Part shown: in pieces, positions 33,581 to 42,538 of the stretch
How positions within the stretch are numbered: position 1 is the first letter of the stretch
Layout: the number at the start of each line of letters is the position of its first letter
Assembly (NCBI GenBank): GCA_039815375.1
Contig: JBCBZJ010000006.1
Location: 67,873 to 131,872, forward strand
DNA: 64,000 bases
Source of the DNA: Verrucomicrobiota bacterium
Lineage (GTDB): Bacteria > Verrucomicrobiota > Verrucomicrobiia > Opitutales > Coraliomargaritaceae
Reading direction: 5' to 3'
Program-made: the position numbers and the translations under genes
Notes under the pieces: generated by a model
Databases searched by the model: none
Told to the model about the DNA's origin: nothing
What the model saw: only the letters and a program-made list of their open reading frames with translations

Positions 33581-34024
33581 ATGAGAGAGGCAAAAAACAC
33601 CGCAAGAGCTACCGTTCACATCGGATATGATGGGCGAGTCCATAAACATTTCAAAGGGCCTCAGGCTCGTGAGCGTTTTGAGAACGAGGTTCGTGTCCTC
33701 GATTTCCTCGACCAACACGGCTGCCACTTTGTGCCGAAGATCCTTTCTCGAAAAGATGACGAGCTTTACCTCGTGACGAGCAACTGCGGCGGACGCGTTG
33801 ATCATGTCAGTGATGAAAAAAAACGTCAAATCTTTGCCGAGTTAGAGCAGTTTGGCGTGCGCCACGATGATGCAGAAGTGCGTAATATTACTTACAGCCA
33901 ACGACTTGGGCGGTTTTGTGTGATTGATTTCGAGTTCGCGACTATACTTTTGCCCGGATACCCTACGCCTCCCGAGATGAAATCTGTTGCAAACCGCTCG
34001 GAATGGCAGACAGAGAGCAAATAG
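33581..34024 (+). CDS. Minimal protein-kinase-like fold protein
   Basis: VHKHFK (beta3 Lys), FENEVRVL (alphaC Glu), HDDAEVRN (HxDxxxxN), IDFEFA; only 147 aa. Confidence 0.7.
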   Translation: MREAKNTARATVHIGYDGRVHKHFKGPQARERFENEVRVLDFLDQHGCHFVPKILSRKDDELYLVTSNCGGRVDHVSDEKKRQIFAELEQFGVRHDDAEVRNITYSQRLGRFCVIDFEFATILLPGYPTPPEMKSVANRSEWQTESK

Positions 34025-34027
34025 GCT

Positions 34028-34867
34028 ATGAGTAAACGGATTGATGCGAGGAAAAAGGTGGTCCGTTGGTCTGGAATGACTGATGTCGGGCGCTTTAGGA
34101 AAGAGAATCAGGATGCATTTCTCGCGCTTGCTGTCGACCGGGAGAATGTTTACCGCTTGGGCAAACTAGGAGAGGGCACGATGAAGGAATGTGACTATGT
34201 CTTCGCGGTTAGCGATGGCATGGGAGGTGCAAATGCCGGTGATTTCGCGAGTCGTATCACAGTTGACAAAATCACGCGGCTATTTCCCCAGACATTTCGT
34301 GCTGCAGCCGACGGTATGGAGGTGGGTTTTCAGGAGATTCTAACCGAGCTGCTGGACTTGATTCATGCTGAATTAATCGTTCTGGGCAGATCCTATGATG
34401 AACTGAGTGGGATGGGGGCGACACTGAGTCTTTGCTGGGTGCGGCCCAAATCAATCTACTTTGCCCATGTAGGCGATAGTCGGATCTACAGACTGCAGGC
34501 AGAATCCAGCCTTGATCAGATTAGCCATGATCATACGCATGTTGGATGGTTGCAGCGACGTGGTGAATTGACTGAAATGCAGGCTCGAAATCACCCGCAG
34601 CGTAACTGCCTGCAAGAGGTTATGGGCGGTAAGAACCAGAACCTGAACCCTCAGTTCGGTGCTATCACACATGAGCCCGGAGATCGTTACCTCATTTGCT
34701 CGGATGGAGTTGTTGAGGGCCTCTTCAATAGTGGTCTGGAGCGCCTCCTGCGGCATCCGAAGGACAGTAAAGTAGATCATCTCACTCCTGCCGAACGAAT
34801 TGTGCGGGAGGCTGTTGCAACCGACGGTCGCGACAATACGACTGCAGTGGTTTTCGAATTGGTGTAG
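34028..34867 (+). CDS. PP2C-family Ser/Thr phosphatase
   Basis: TDVGRFRKENQD, VSDGMGG, AHVGDSR, CSDGV, GRDNTT. Confidence 0.93.
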   Translation: MSKRIDARKKVVRWSGMTDVGRFRKENQDAFLALAVDRENVYRLGKLGEGTMKECDYVFAVSDGMGGANAGDFASRITVDKITRLFPQTFRAAADGMEVGFQEILTELLDLIHAELIVLGRSYDELSGMGATLSLCWVRPKSIYFAHVGDSRIYRLQAESSLDQISHDHTHVGWLQRRGELTEMQARNHPQRNCLQEVMGGKNQNLNPQFGAITHEPGDRYLICSDGVVEGLFNSGLERLLRHPKDSKVDHLTPAERIVREAVATDGRDNTTAVVFELV

Positions 34868-34902
34868 GTTTATTGAATCGGATTGACGTTTGGGAGATAG
34901 TG

Positions 34903-34920
34903 ATTTTGATTAATCAAAAT
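34903..34920. promoter_or_regulatory. Perfect 18-bp palindrome, putative metal-repressor operator
   Basis: ATTTTGATT/AATCAAAAT abutting the ATG at 34921, downstream of TTGACG (34883-34888). Confidence 0.7.
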
Positions 34921-35904
34921 ATGAATTTCTATAAGTCTTTATCGATTCTGTTTTCAACGGTCTTGGTCGCTTTGTTTTTGACCGCATGCGGGACCAAAGA
35001 GACCGAAACTGAGGAAGTGTCCAGTCCTGAGGCTCCTCATAAAATCGTCTGCACGGTTGGAATGATTACAGATATTGTCCGAAATGTAGCAGGCGATCTC
35101 GCCGAATTGGAGGGCATTATCGGCGAGGGTGTGGACCCTCATCTCTACAAGCCGACGCGAGCTGACGTGGTCAAACTCAGCAATGCCGACCTTATTTTCT
35201 ACAATGGCTTATTACTGGAGGGGAAGATGTCTGACGTGCTGGTCCGCGTCGCAACCCAAGGCAAACCCGTTCATGCTGTAACCGAAACGATACTAGAAGA
35301 CCCGGATTATCTAATGGCTGACGAGAGCGAGCCGGAATATACTGATCCGCATGTCTGGATGGATGTGAAAGGCTGGCTCACTGGCGTGAACGTTGTGGCA
35401 AATGTTCTGGCCTCTTACGATCCGGCTCATGCAGACGAATACTTTAGTAATGCCAGAGCCTATATCGAGAAGCTTGAGAAGCTGCATGCTTACGCGCTGA
35501 AAGCCACAGCTACGATCCCGGAGAGTCAGCGGGTCCTTGTGACTGCACATGATGCCTTTCAATACTTAGGTCGAGCCTATGACATTGAGGTTCGTGGTAT
35601 TCAAGGGATCAGCACAGAGTCGGAGGCGGGTGTCCGTGATCTTGAGGAGCTGGTGGACTTCATCGTTGATTTGAGTATTCCAGCAGTCTTTGTCGAAAGT
35701 TCGGTTGCAGACAAGAACGTGCGTGCCCTGGTCGAGGGTGCCAAAGCACGTGGTCATGATGTTGTGATTGGGGGTGAGCTTTTTTCAGATGCAATGGGCG
35801 AGCCGGGCAGCTACGAAGGCACCTATATTGGCATGATTGATCATAATGTAACGACGATCACGAATGCCCTCGGTGGCAAAGCGAATGGCTTCAATAGCGA
35901 ATAG
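34921..35904 (+). CDS. Mn/Zn/Fe ABC transporter substrate-binding lipoprotein (TroA-like)
   Basis: Lipobox LTAC; DPHLY, DPHVW, TAHDAF, LFSDAMG. Confidence 0.93.
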   Translation: MNFYKSLSILFSTVLVALFLTACGTKETETEEVSSPEAPHKIVCTVGMITDIVRNVAGDLAELEGIIGEGVDPHLYKPTRADVVKLSNADLIFYNGLLLEGKMSDVLVRVATQGKPVHAVTETILEDPDYLMADESEPEYTDPHVWMDVKGWLTGVNVVANVLASYDPAHADEYFSNARAYIEKLEKLHAYALKATATIPESQRVLVTAHDAFQYLGRAYDIEVRGIQGISTESEAGVRDLEELVDFIVDLSIPAVFVESSVADKNVRALVEGAKARGHDVVIGGELFSDAMGEPGSYEGTYIGMIDHNVTTITNALGGKANGFNSE

Positions 35905-35995
35905 CCAGATGAATCAGAATTGTATTCTTAGATTTGCTTAGAGCAGATTGAATCGGATGGTTAAGATTGGGAAAAGAGTAAGAGAAGAAATTAGC

Positions 35996-36802
35996 ATGAG
36001 TGCGGTATCCAATGAGCAAATACAATACGAGTCATTAGAGCCTTCCGGTGCGCTACCGCTCTTTGTGCGTGACTTAACTGTAGCCTATCACCGTAAGCCT
36101 GTTGTCTGGGATATCGATCTGTCGATACCCGAAGGGAAGTTAGTCGGGCTGATTGGGCCGAATGGAGCAGGGAAGAGCACTTTGCTCAAAGCTTGTATGG
36201 ATTTGATTCCGAAAACTTCGGGTGAGGTATCTATCTTTGGTGTTCCTTACGCCAAGCAGCTCCGTCGTGTCGGCTATGTGCCACAACGCGAGAGCGTGGA
36301 TTGGGACTTTCCAGTTAGCGTGCTTGATGTCGTTGCGATGGGCACTTACGGAGAGCTCGGCTGGTTTCGCCGTGTGAACCGGCGCTCAAAGGCCTTAGCC
36401 ATGCAAGCCCTGGAGAGGGTTGGGCTTGAAGAATACGCTGACCGTCAGATTAGTCAGCTTTCCGGAGGGCAGCAGCAACGCACATTTCTTGCCAGAGCAT
36501 TGGTGCAGGACGCTGATATCTATTTTATGGACGAGCCGTTTGCAGCGGTCGATGCCGCGACAGAACAGGCTATCGTTCAACTCCTCAAAGACCTACAGTC
36601 GCGCGGCAAGACCTGTCTGGTGGTTCACCATGACCTGGCAACGGTTCCTCAGTATTTTGATTGGTTGGTCTTGTTGAATATGCGCATTGTTGCCAGTGGC
36701 CCGACCAAGGAGGTCTTCAATAAGGAGAACTTACGTAAAACATACGGTGGTAAATTGACTCTGCTTAGTGAGGCAGCTGAAGAGTTAATGCGTTCACTCT
36801 AA
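35996..36802 (+). CDS. Metal ABC transporter ATPase (TroB-like)
   Basis: GPNGAGKS, YVPQR, LSGGQQQR, MDEPF, VHHDL. Confidence 0.95.
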   Translation: MSAVSNEQIQYESLEPSGALPLFVRDLTVAYHRKPVVWDIDLSIPEGKLVGLIGPNGAGKSTLLKACMDLIPKTSGEVSIFGVPYAKQLRRVGYVPQRESVDWDFPVSVLDVVAMGTYGELGWFRRVNRRSKALAMQALERVGLEEYADRQISQLSGGQQQRTFLARALVQDADIYFMDEPFAAVDAATEQAIVQLLKDLQSRGKTCLVVHHDLATVPQYFDWLVLLNMRIVASGPTKEVFNKENLRKTYGGKLTLLSEAAEELMRSL

Positions 36803-36808
36803 TCGCCA

Positions 36809-37303
36809 ATGTTTAATTTGGTTCGAGCTGATTTAAGCAAAGATACCCATAGCGTTGCATTGGTAGAATTGCTGGATCTCTATGCGCGGGATTTAATGGG
36901 CGGGGGTGTGGCGCTTTCGGATTATACGAGACAGAACCTTCCTGCAGAGCTTCACGGCCGCTCGGGTTGTCATGTGGTGCTCGCCTTTTCGGGAGAGATA
37001 CCTGCTGGTATTGCGATCAACTTTGAGGCTTTCTCGACTTTCGCCTGCAGGCCGATCCTCAATATTCATGATTTCATGATCGCTCCAATGTTTCGGGGGC
37101 AGGGCTTGGCAAAGCAGCTCCTTGAAGAGATTGAAATTATCGCTAGGGAGCTTGGTTGCTGTAAGCTTACACTTGAGGTTCTAGAGGGGAACGAGCGTGC
37201 AAAGAAAATTTACAAGCGGTTCGGATTTGACGGTTATGAGCTCGACCCAGCAGCAGGAAGAGCGCTCTTTTTTGATAAGAAGCTGTCTCTGGAAAACAGA
37301 TAA
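36809..37303 (+). CDS. GNAT family N-acetyltransferase
   Basis: LNIHD, FRGQGLA, LEVLEGN...YKRFGF. Confidence 0.9.
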   Translation: MFNLVRADLSKDTHSVALVELLDLYARDLMGGGVALSDYTRQNLPAELHGRSGCHVVLAFSGEIPAGIAINFEAFSTFACRPILNIHDFMIAPMFRGQGLAKQLLEEIEIIARELGCCKLTLEVLEGNERAKKIYKRFGFDGYELDPAAGRALFFDKKLSLENR

Positions 37304-38655
37304 TGATGGAAGCGTCTGATGTTATCAACGTTCTGTTGCTCCGCGATTACAATACGCGGCTTGTTGTAATCTGCACGCTTCTCTTGGGCTGTGTTTGCGG
37401 GTTAATGGGCGGTTTTCTTTTGCTGCGTAAACGTTCTCTGATGGGGGATACTCTTTCGCATGCCACACTACCCGGAGTAGGCCTGGCGTTTATCATAGCA
37501 GTTTTACTTGGCGGTGATGGTAAGTCGCTGCCGATACTTCTGATCGGTGCAACCACCACAGGGGTGATCGGTTGTTGGGCGGTGCTCTTCATTCGAAACA
37601 ATTCCCGGATCAAGGATGATGCTGCCATGGGAATTGTGCTGAGTGTTTTCTTCGGAGCCGGCGTCGCGGTGCTTGGCTTTGTCCAGTCCATGCCGGAGGG
37701 CAGTGCTGCAGGCTTGGAATCTTTCATTTACGGGAAGACGGCTTCGATGATTCTGGCCGACTTTCAAGTTCTCATCGGAGTTACTGTTGGAGTGCTCTTA
37801 CTTTCGGTTCTTCTCTTCAAGGAGTTCAGGCTCCTTTGTTTCGACGAGACTTTCGCGGCTGCTCAAGGCTGGCCGGTAAAGTGGTTGGATGTCCTGTTGC
37901 TCGCGTTGGTCACCTTGGTTACAGTGGCTGGCCTTCAAGCTGTGGGTTTGATCCTAATCATTGCCTTCCTTATCACTCCGGCAGCCGCTGCGCGTTTTTG
38001 GTCGGAGCGGCTTGATCGTATCTTGTTTCTTTCTGCTTTGATTGGAGGGTTCAGCGGATGGTTTGGTGCGAGTGTGAGCGCGTTCTTTCCCCGAATGCCG
38101 GCAGGGGCCGTTATCGTGCTTGTCGCTGCAGCTTGTTTCCTTCTGAGCATGTTGTTGGGGAGTGAGCGGGGAGTGCTGGTTCGTGTCTTACGTCAGGCAA
38201 GTTTGAAGCGGAATGTCGGCAGGCAACATCTCCTTCGAGCGCTTTACGAAATCCTCGAGGCTGATGCCGCAGATAGTGAAACTGTTTCCATTCATCCTGT
38301 TCCGTTTCGCCAAGTCCGCGGCCGTAGAACATGGAGTGACCAGCAATTACGCCGTTATATCCGAAAGGCTTATCAAGACGGCCTCATCAATGCTCTGGAC
38401 GACGACAACATCATTTTGACGGAAGCTGGTTTAGGGGAAGCTGCAAAGGTTACACGCAATCACCGACTGTGGGAGATCTATTTGATTGAGTATGCTGATG
38501 TGGCGACGAGTCGAGTGGATCGTGATGCCGACACTGTAGAGCATGTTCTTGGCGAGAAGCTGGTTGTGACTTTGGAAACTAAACTTTTGCAGTTGCGGGA
38601 AGCTGGGAGCCATGCCGTCCCGGCTAGTCCGCATCCAATCCGGACGGGAGACTAG
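37303..38655 (+). CDS. Metal ABC permease fused to C-terminal DtxR/MntR-like domain
   Basis: GDTLSHATLPG permease motif; C-terminal LTEAG...RNHRLWEIYL...DADTVEH. Confidence 0.88.
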   Translation: MMEASDVINVLLLRDYNTRLVVICTLLLGCVCGLMGGFLLLRKRSLMGDTLSHATLPGVGLAFIIAVLLGGDGKSLPILLIGATTTGVIGCWAVLFIRNNSRIKDDAAMGIVLSVFFGAGVAVLGFVQSMPEGSAAGLESFIYGKTASMILADFQVLIGVTVGVLLLSVLLFKEFRLLCFDETFAAAQGWPVKWLDVLLLALVTLVTVAGLQAVGLILIIAFLITPAAAARFWSERLDRILFLSALIGGFSGWFGASVSAFFPRMPAGAVIVLVAAACFLLSMLLGSERGVLVRVLRQASLKRNVGRQHLLRALYEILEADAADSETVSIHPVPFRQVRGRRTWSDQQLRRYIRKAYQDGLINALDDDNIILTEAGLGEAAKVTRNHRLWEIYLIEYADVATSRVDRDADTVEHVLGEKLVVTLETKLLQLREAGSHAVPASPHPIRTGD

Positions 38656-38660
38656 TAGGT

Positions 38661-39590
38661 ATGGAATGGTATGTTATAGATACGTGGATTGTGGTGATCG
38701 GTGTGCTTGCGAGCGTGTCCTGTGCGCTACTGGGCAATTTCCTCGTGCTGCGAAAGATGAGTATGATGGGTGATGCGATCAGTCATGCGGTGCTGCCAGG
38801 GCTTGCGATTGCCTTTTTGTTTACGGGTGCCCGCACAAGCTTCAGCATGTTTGTTGGTGCTGCCATCGTCGGGCTATTAACTGCAGTGTTCACGCACTGG
38901 ATCAGTCGCTTTGGAAACGTCGATCAAGGTGCATCCATGGGAATCGTTTTTACAACGCTTTTCGCTTTCGGGCTCTTGCTCATTGTTCAAGCGGCAGATC
39001 ATGTCGATTTGGATCCCGGTTGTGTGCTTTACGGTGCGATTGAATTAACACCACTTGATGTGGTTTGGCGGCCTGAAGTCTTTAGCCTCTCTTTAGGAGT
39101 GCCCCGTGCTGCGCTTGTTCTCGGAGGAGTTCTTCTGCTCAACACATCATTCGTTCTGCTCTTTTTCAAGGAGCTCCGAATATCATCATTTGATCCAGAG
39201 CTTGCTACAACGACAGGAATCAACGCAAACCTGATGCACTATCTGCTAATGATTTTTGTAGCGATTACGACCGTGGCTGCATTTGAAGTCGTGGGCAGTA
39301 TCATTGTGATCGCAATGCTCATTGTTCCAGCTGCAGCTGCCCATCTCCTGACGGATCGTCTTGGTGTGATGGTTGTGATCAGTGCAATTTTAGGGGCGCT
39401 TGCGGCGATCTTCGGCCATTTGAGTGCTCTTTTAGTGCCCGGCTGGTTTGGCTATGAAAGCACTTCGACCTCGGGGATGACAGCTGTTGTTGCCGGACTT
39501 ATTTTCACAGCAGTGCTTTTCTGTGCTCCACGGCATGGTGTTCTGATTCGGCTGAAGAGGGCTTATGGAAAGACGCCTCGCATATCATAG
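38661..39590 (+). CDS. Metal ABC permease (TroD-like)
   Basis: GDAISHAVLPG, FKELRISSFDP. Confidence 0.93.
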   Translation: MEWYVIDTWIVVIGVLASVSCALLGNFLVLRKMSMMGDAISHAVLPGLAIAFLFTGARTSFSMFVGAAIVGLLTAVFTHWISRFGNVDQGASMGIVFTTLFAFGLLLIVQAADHVDLDPGCVLYGAIELTPLDVVWRPEVFSLSLGVPRAALVLGGVLLLNTSFVLLFFKELRISSFDPELATTTGINANLMHYLLMIFVAITTVAAFEVVGSIIVIAMLIVPAAAAHLLTDRLGVMVVISAILGALAAIFGHLSALLVPGWFGYESTSTSGMTAVVAGLIFTAVLFCAPRHGVLIRLKRAYGKTPRIS

Positions 39591-40888
39591 ACTTTTGCGA
39601 TGTGCTCAAGTGCAGAGGCGTAGGATGCAATTCGCATGTTGCAGTCAAGACGTTCAGCAGTATCCAAAACGCGCTCTGCTGCTCGAGTCATGATCTTGCG
39701 TAGGCGTTCATCCACGAGTTCTTCCTCCCATGTTTCGGACTGGCGATTCTGTTTCCATTCGAAGTAGCTTACCGTCACGCCGCCTGCGTTACATAGAATC
39801 GCTGGTAGCACTTCGACGCCTTGATCGAGGAGGTAGCGCTCAGCTTTTGGTGTAGTGGGAGCATTAGCCGCTTCGACCAGAACTTTGCATTGCATTTTTT
39901 CGGCGTGCTCCAAATCGACCATCTGCTCCAGGGCAGCCGGAATAAACAGATCCACGGGAGTTGAGTAGAACTGGTCTTCATCGATCATCTCACTATTTTC
40001 ATAGCCGGAAACCCCTCCGTTCTTTTCGACGTAGTTTGCGAGTTCTTCGGCGTCGATGCCGGATTCGTTGTAAATCGCTCCGGTGTGGTCCATGACTGCT
40101 TTCAGTCTCGAGCCTTTTGCTTTCAGGAGACGTGCAGTCCAGGAACCGACATTACCGAAACCGATGAGGCTATAGCTTTGTTTCGAGATATCGAGCCCCA
40201 TGCCAGGCAGCAGGGCTTCAAGGACATAGACCAGACCTTGGCCGGTCGCTTTTTCGCGGCCTTCCGAGCCACCGAATTCAAGAGGTTTACCGGTGACAAC
40301 ACCGCGTGCGGTCACTTTGGTCGAAGACTCGGCAAAATTGATGTAGGTATCGGCCATCCATGCCATGGTCTGGGAATTGGTGCCTACATCGGGTGCGGGA
40401 ATATCATAGTCAGGTCCGATGTTGTTGCCCAGTGCAGCCGTCAGGCGGCGGGTGACACGTTCTAGTTCGGAAGGGCTGACGGCTCTCGGGTTAATCTTTA
40501 AAGCGCCCTTGGCTCCACCGTAGGGCAGCCTGGCAAGCGCACACTTCATCGTCATGAGCAACGATAGTGTCTTTACTTCGTCAAGCTTGACCTCGTGGTG
40601 ATAGCGGATGCCGCCTTTGTATGGGCCGAGCACATTATTGTGTTGCACGCGGTAGCCCTTAACGAGTTGCCATGTGCCATCGTCCATCTCGACAGGGCAG
40701 TGGACCATGATCTCGTTTTTTGGCTGCGTCATGATCAGCTTAAGCTTGTGCGGCAGGTTCAGAATATTGGCCGCTTCCAAAACAGAACCAATAGTTTGGA
40801 AATACAAGTTGTCGTCATCGTAATACTCCTCCAATTCTTGGAAGATCTCACGTGCGGATTGGCAGGCGGGGGTATCGCAGGATTCCAT
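39563..40888 (-). CDS. gdhA: Glu/Leu/Phe/Val dehydrogenase (glutamate dehydrogenase)
   Basis: GPYKGGIRY, GGAKG, DIPAPDVGT, VTGKP, GFGNVG, NAGGVTVSYFEW. Confidence 0.9.
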   Translation of the reverse strand: MESCDTPACQSAREIFQELEEYYDDDNLYFQTIGSVLEAANILNLPHKLKLIMTQPKNEIMVHCPVEMDDGTWQLVKGYRVQHNNVLGPYKGGIRYHHEVKLDEVKTLSLLMTMKCALARLPYGGAKGALKINPRAVSPSELERVTRRLTAALGNNIGPDYDIPAPDVGTNSQTMAWMADTYINFAESSTKVTARGVVTGKPLEFGGSEGREKATGQGLVYVLEALLPGMGLDISKQSYSLIGFGNVGSWTARLLKAKGSRLKAVMDHTGAIYNESGIDAEELANYVEKNGGVSGYENSEMIDEDQFYSTPVDLFIPAALEQMVDLEHAEKMQCKVLVEAANAPTTPKAERYLLDQGVEVLPAILCNAGGVTVSYFEWKQNRQSETWEEELVDERLRKIMTRAAERVLDTAERLDCNMRIASYASALEHIAKVYDMRGVFP

Positions 40889-41013
40889 AAGAAAAAATTG
40901 TCACAACGAGGATATTTCGCAAGCTATTCCGGGGCATCAATCTACCCTAAATAGAATCCGTTGTGACTTTAAGTTCAGTCAAGATTGCAGCCTTGAAGAC
41001 GGTCTTTAGAGAG

Positions 41014-42519
41014 CTAGATCAATTGAAGCGATTCCATTGCTTCGTGATTCAGCATGGACTGTTTTTCGGCACTTTCGCTTGGCCGTAAATCTTCGTCATA
41101 GCTCGGAATTATTGCTTTCATTCTAGCATGGGAATCCGCGCCTTTGAGCTTTTCGTCAAAGCACTTCCGAATGACTTCGACAATAATGTTGGTCGAAACA
41201 GAGGCTCCGGGAGAAGCGCCGAGGAGTGCAGAGAGACTTCTGTCGGCATCGGTCACGACTTCTGTGCCGAAATGAACAATACCGGCATCGCCGTCTTCCT
41301 TTTTGATTGCCTGCACACGGATGCCTGCATCGATCAGTTTCCAGTCTTCTTCCTTTGCGTCGGGGAAGAAATTTTGAAGCTCACTCATACGCGTGGTCAT
41401 GCTTTGCGTGCCTTGTTGAATCAAGTAACGAACCAGTGGAATATTATGTATACCAACCTTTATCAGAGAGCCGATATTGTCCGACCGAATCGATCCGGGC
41501 AGGTCGAGCATACTTCCTTTCTCATGTAGGAATTTTGTCGTCCATGCGGCATAGGGTCCAAAGAGAAGGGCCTTTTTGCCATCGATGATTCGGGTGTCAA
41601 GGTGAGGGACTGCCATGGTTGGGGCAGCGCCCGGTGACATGCCATAGACCTTGGCGTTGTGCTGCTCGACAAGCTCTGCTTTATCGGAGACCAACCACTG
41701 GCCACCGATTGGAAAACCACCGAAACCTTTGGCCTCTGCGATTCCGGATTTCTGCAGAAGCGGAAGGCTGCCACCACCCGCGCCGATGAAGACGAACTTA
41801 GCGGTGTTCTTAAACCTTGCGCCGGTATCGAGGTTCTTAACCTCCGCGTCCCAGCCTCCATCTGCATTGCGAGTCAGATCAGTGACGCGGTGAAGAGTTG
41901 CGAATCCACAACCTTCCTGCTTGCCAAGCCATTGAATGAGCAGACTCGCTAGTGAACCAAAATTGACATCGCTGCCGTGAGCCATGCGTGTCATTGCGAC
42001 AGGCTCGTCCGGGTCTCGGCCTTCGAGGATAAGCGGTGCCCACTGGCGGATTTGATCGCGATCCTCAGTGTATTCCATGTCACTGAAGAAATGATGGGCG
42101 GACATCTGGCGATGCCGTGAGCGAAGAAAGTCAACCTGCTCCTGACCATAAACGAAGCTGAGGTGAGGCACTGGATTAATGAAATCCTTTGGATTTTCGA
42201 TCATTCCCCTGCGGATCGCGTAGCCCCAAAACTGGAGGGATTGCTCGAACTGATTGAAAATCTCAATTGCTTTACTAACGTCCACTTCACCGTCTTTTCC
42301 GTAGTTCGGCGTGTAGCTGAGTTCGCAAAGGCCTGCGTGTCCGGTGCCTGCATTGTGCCAACCGTTAGAGGCCTCGTCCGCAAGCCCTTCGGTGCATTCG
42401 TAGAGCTGGATCTTCAATGAAGGATCCATCTCTTTTAATACGGCACCGAGCGTAGCTGACATGATACCGCTACCGATCAGAATGATGTCAGGATTATCAA
42501 TGTGGTCTTCGCTTTTCAT
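41014..42519 (-). CDS. mqo: Malate:quinone oxidoreductase
   Basis: IGSGIMSATL, WHNAGTGHAGLCELSY, FIGAGG, MAVPHLDTR, AGIRVQ, LLGASPGAS. Start at ATG 42519. Confidence 0.95.
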   Translation of the reverse strand: MKSEDHIDNPDIILIGSGIMSATLGAVLKEMDPSLKIQLYECTEGLADEASNGWHNAGTGHAGLCELSYTPNYGKDGEVDVSKAIEIFNQFEQSLQFWGYAIRRGMIENPKDFINPVPHLSFVYGQEQVDFLRSRHRQMSAHHFFSDMEYTEDRDQIRQWAPLILEGRDPDEPVAMTRMAHGSDVNFGSLASLLIQWLGKQEGCGFATLHRVTDLTRNADGGWDAEVKNLDTGARFKNTAKFVFIGAGGGSLPLLQKSGIAEAKGFGGFPIGGQWLVSDKAELVEQHNAKVYGMSPGAAPTMAVPHLDTRIIDGKKALLFGPYAAWTTKFLHEKGSMLDLPGSIRSDNIGSLIKVGIHNIPLVRYLIQQGTQSMTTRMSELQNFFPDAKEEDWKLIDAGIRVQAIKKEDGDAGIVHFGTEVVTDADRSLSALLGASPGASVSTNIIVEVIRKCFDEKLKGADSHARMKAIIPSYDEDLRPSESAEKQSMLNHEAMESLQLI

Positions 42520-42538
42520 TTTAGTCTTGTGGATTTTG

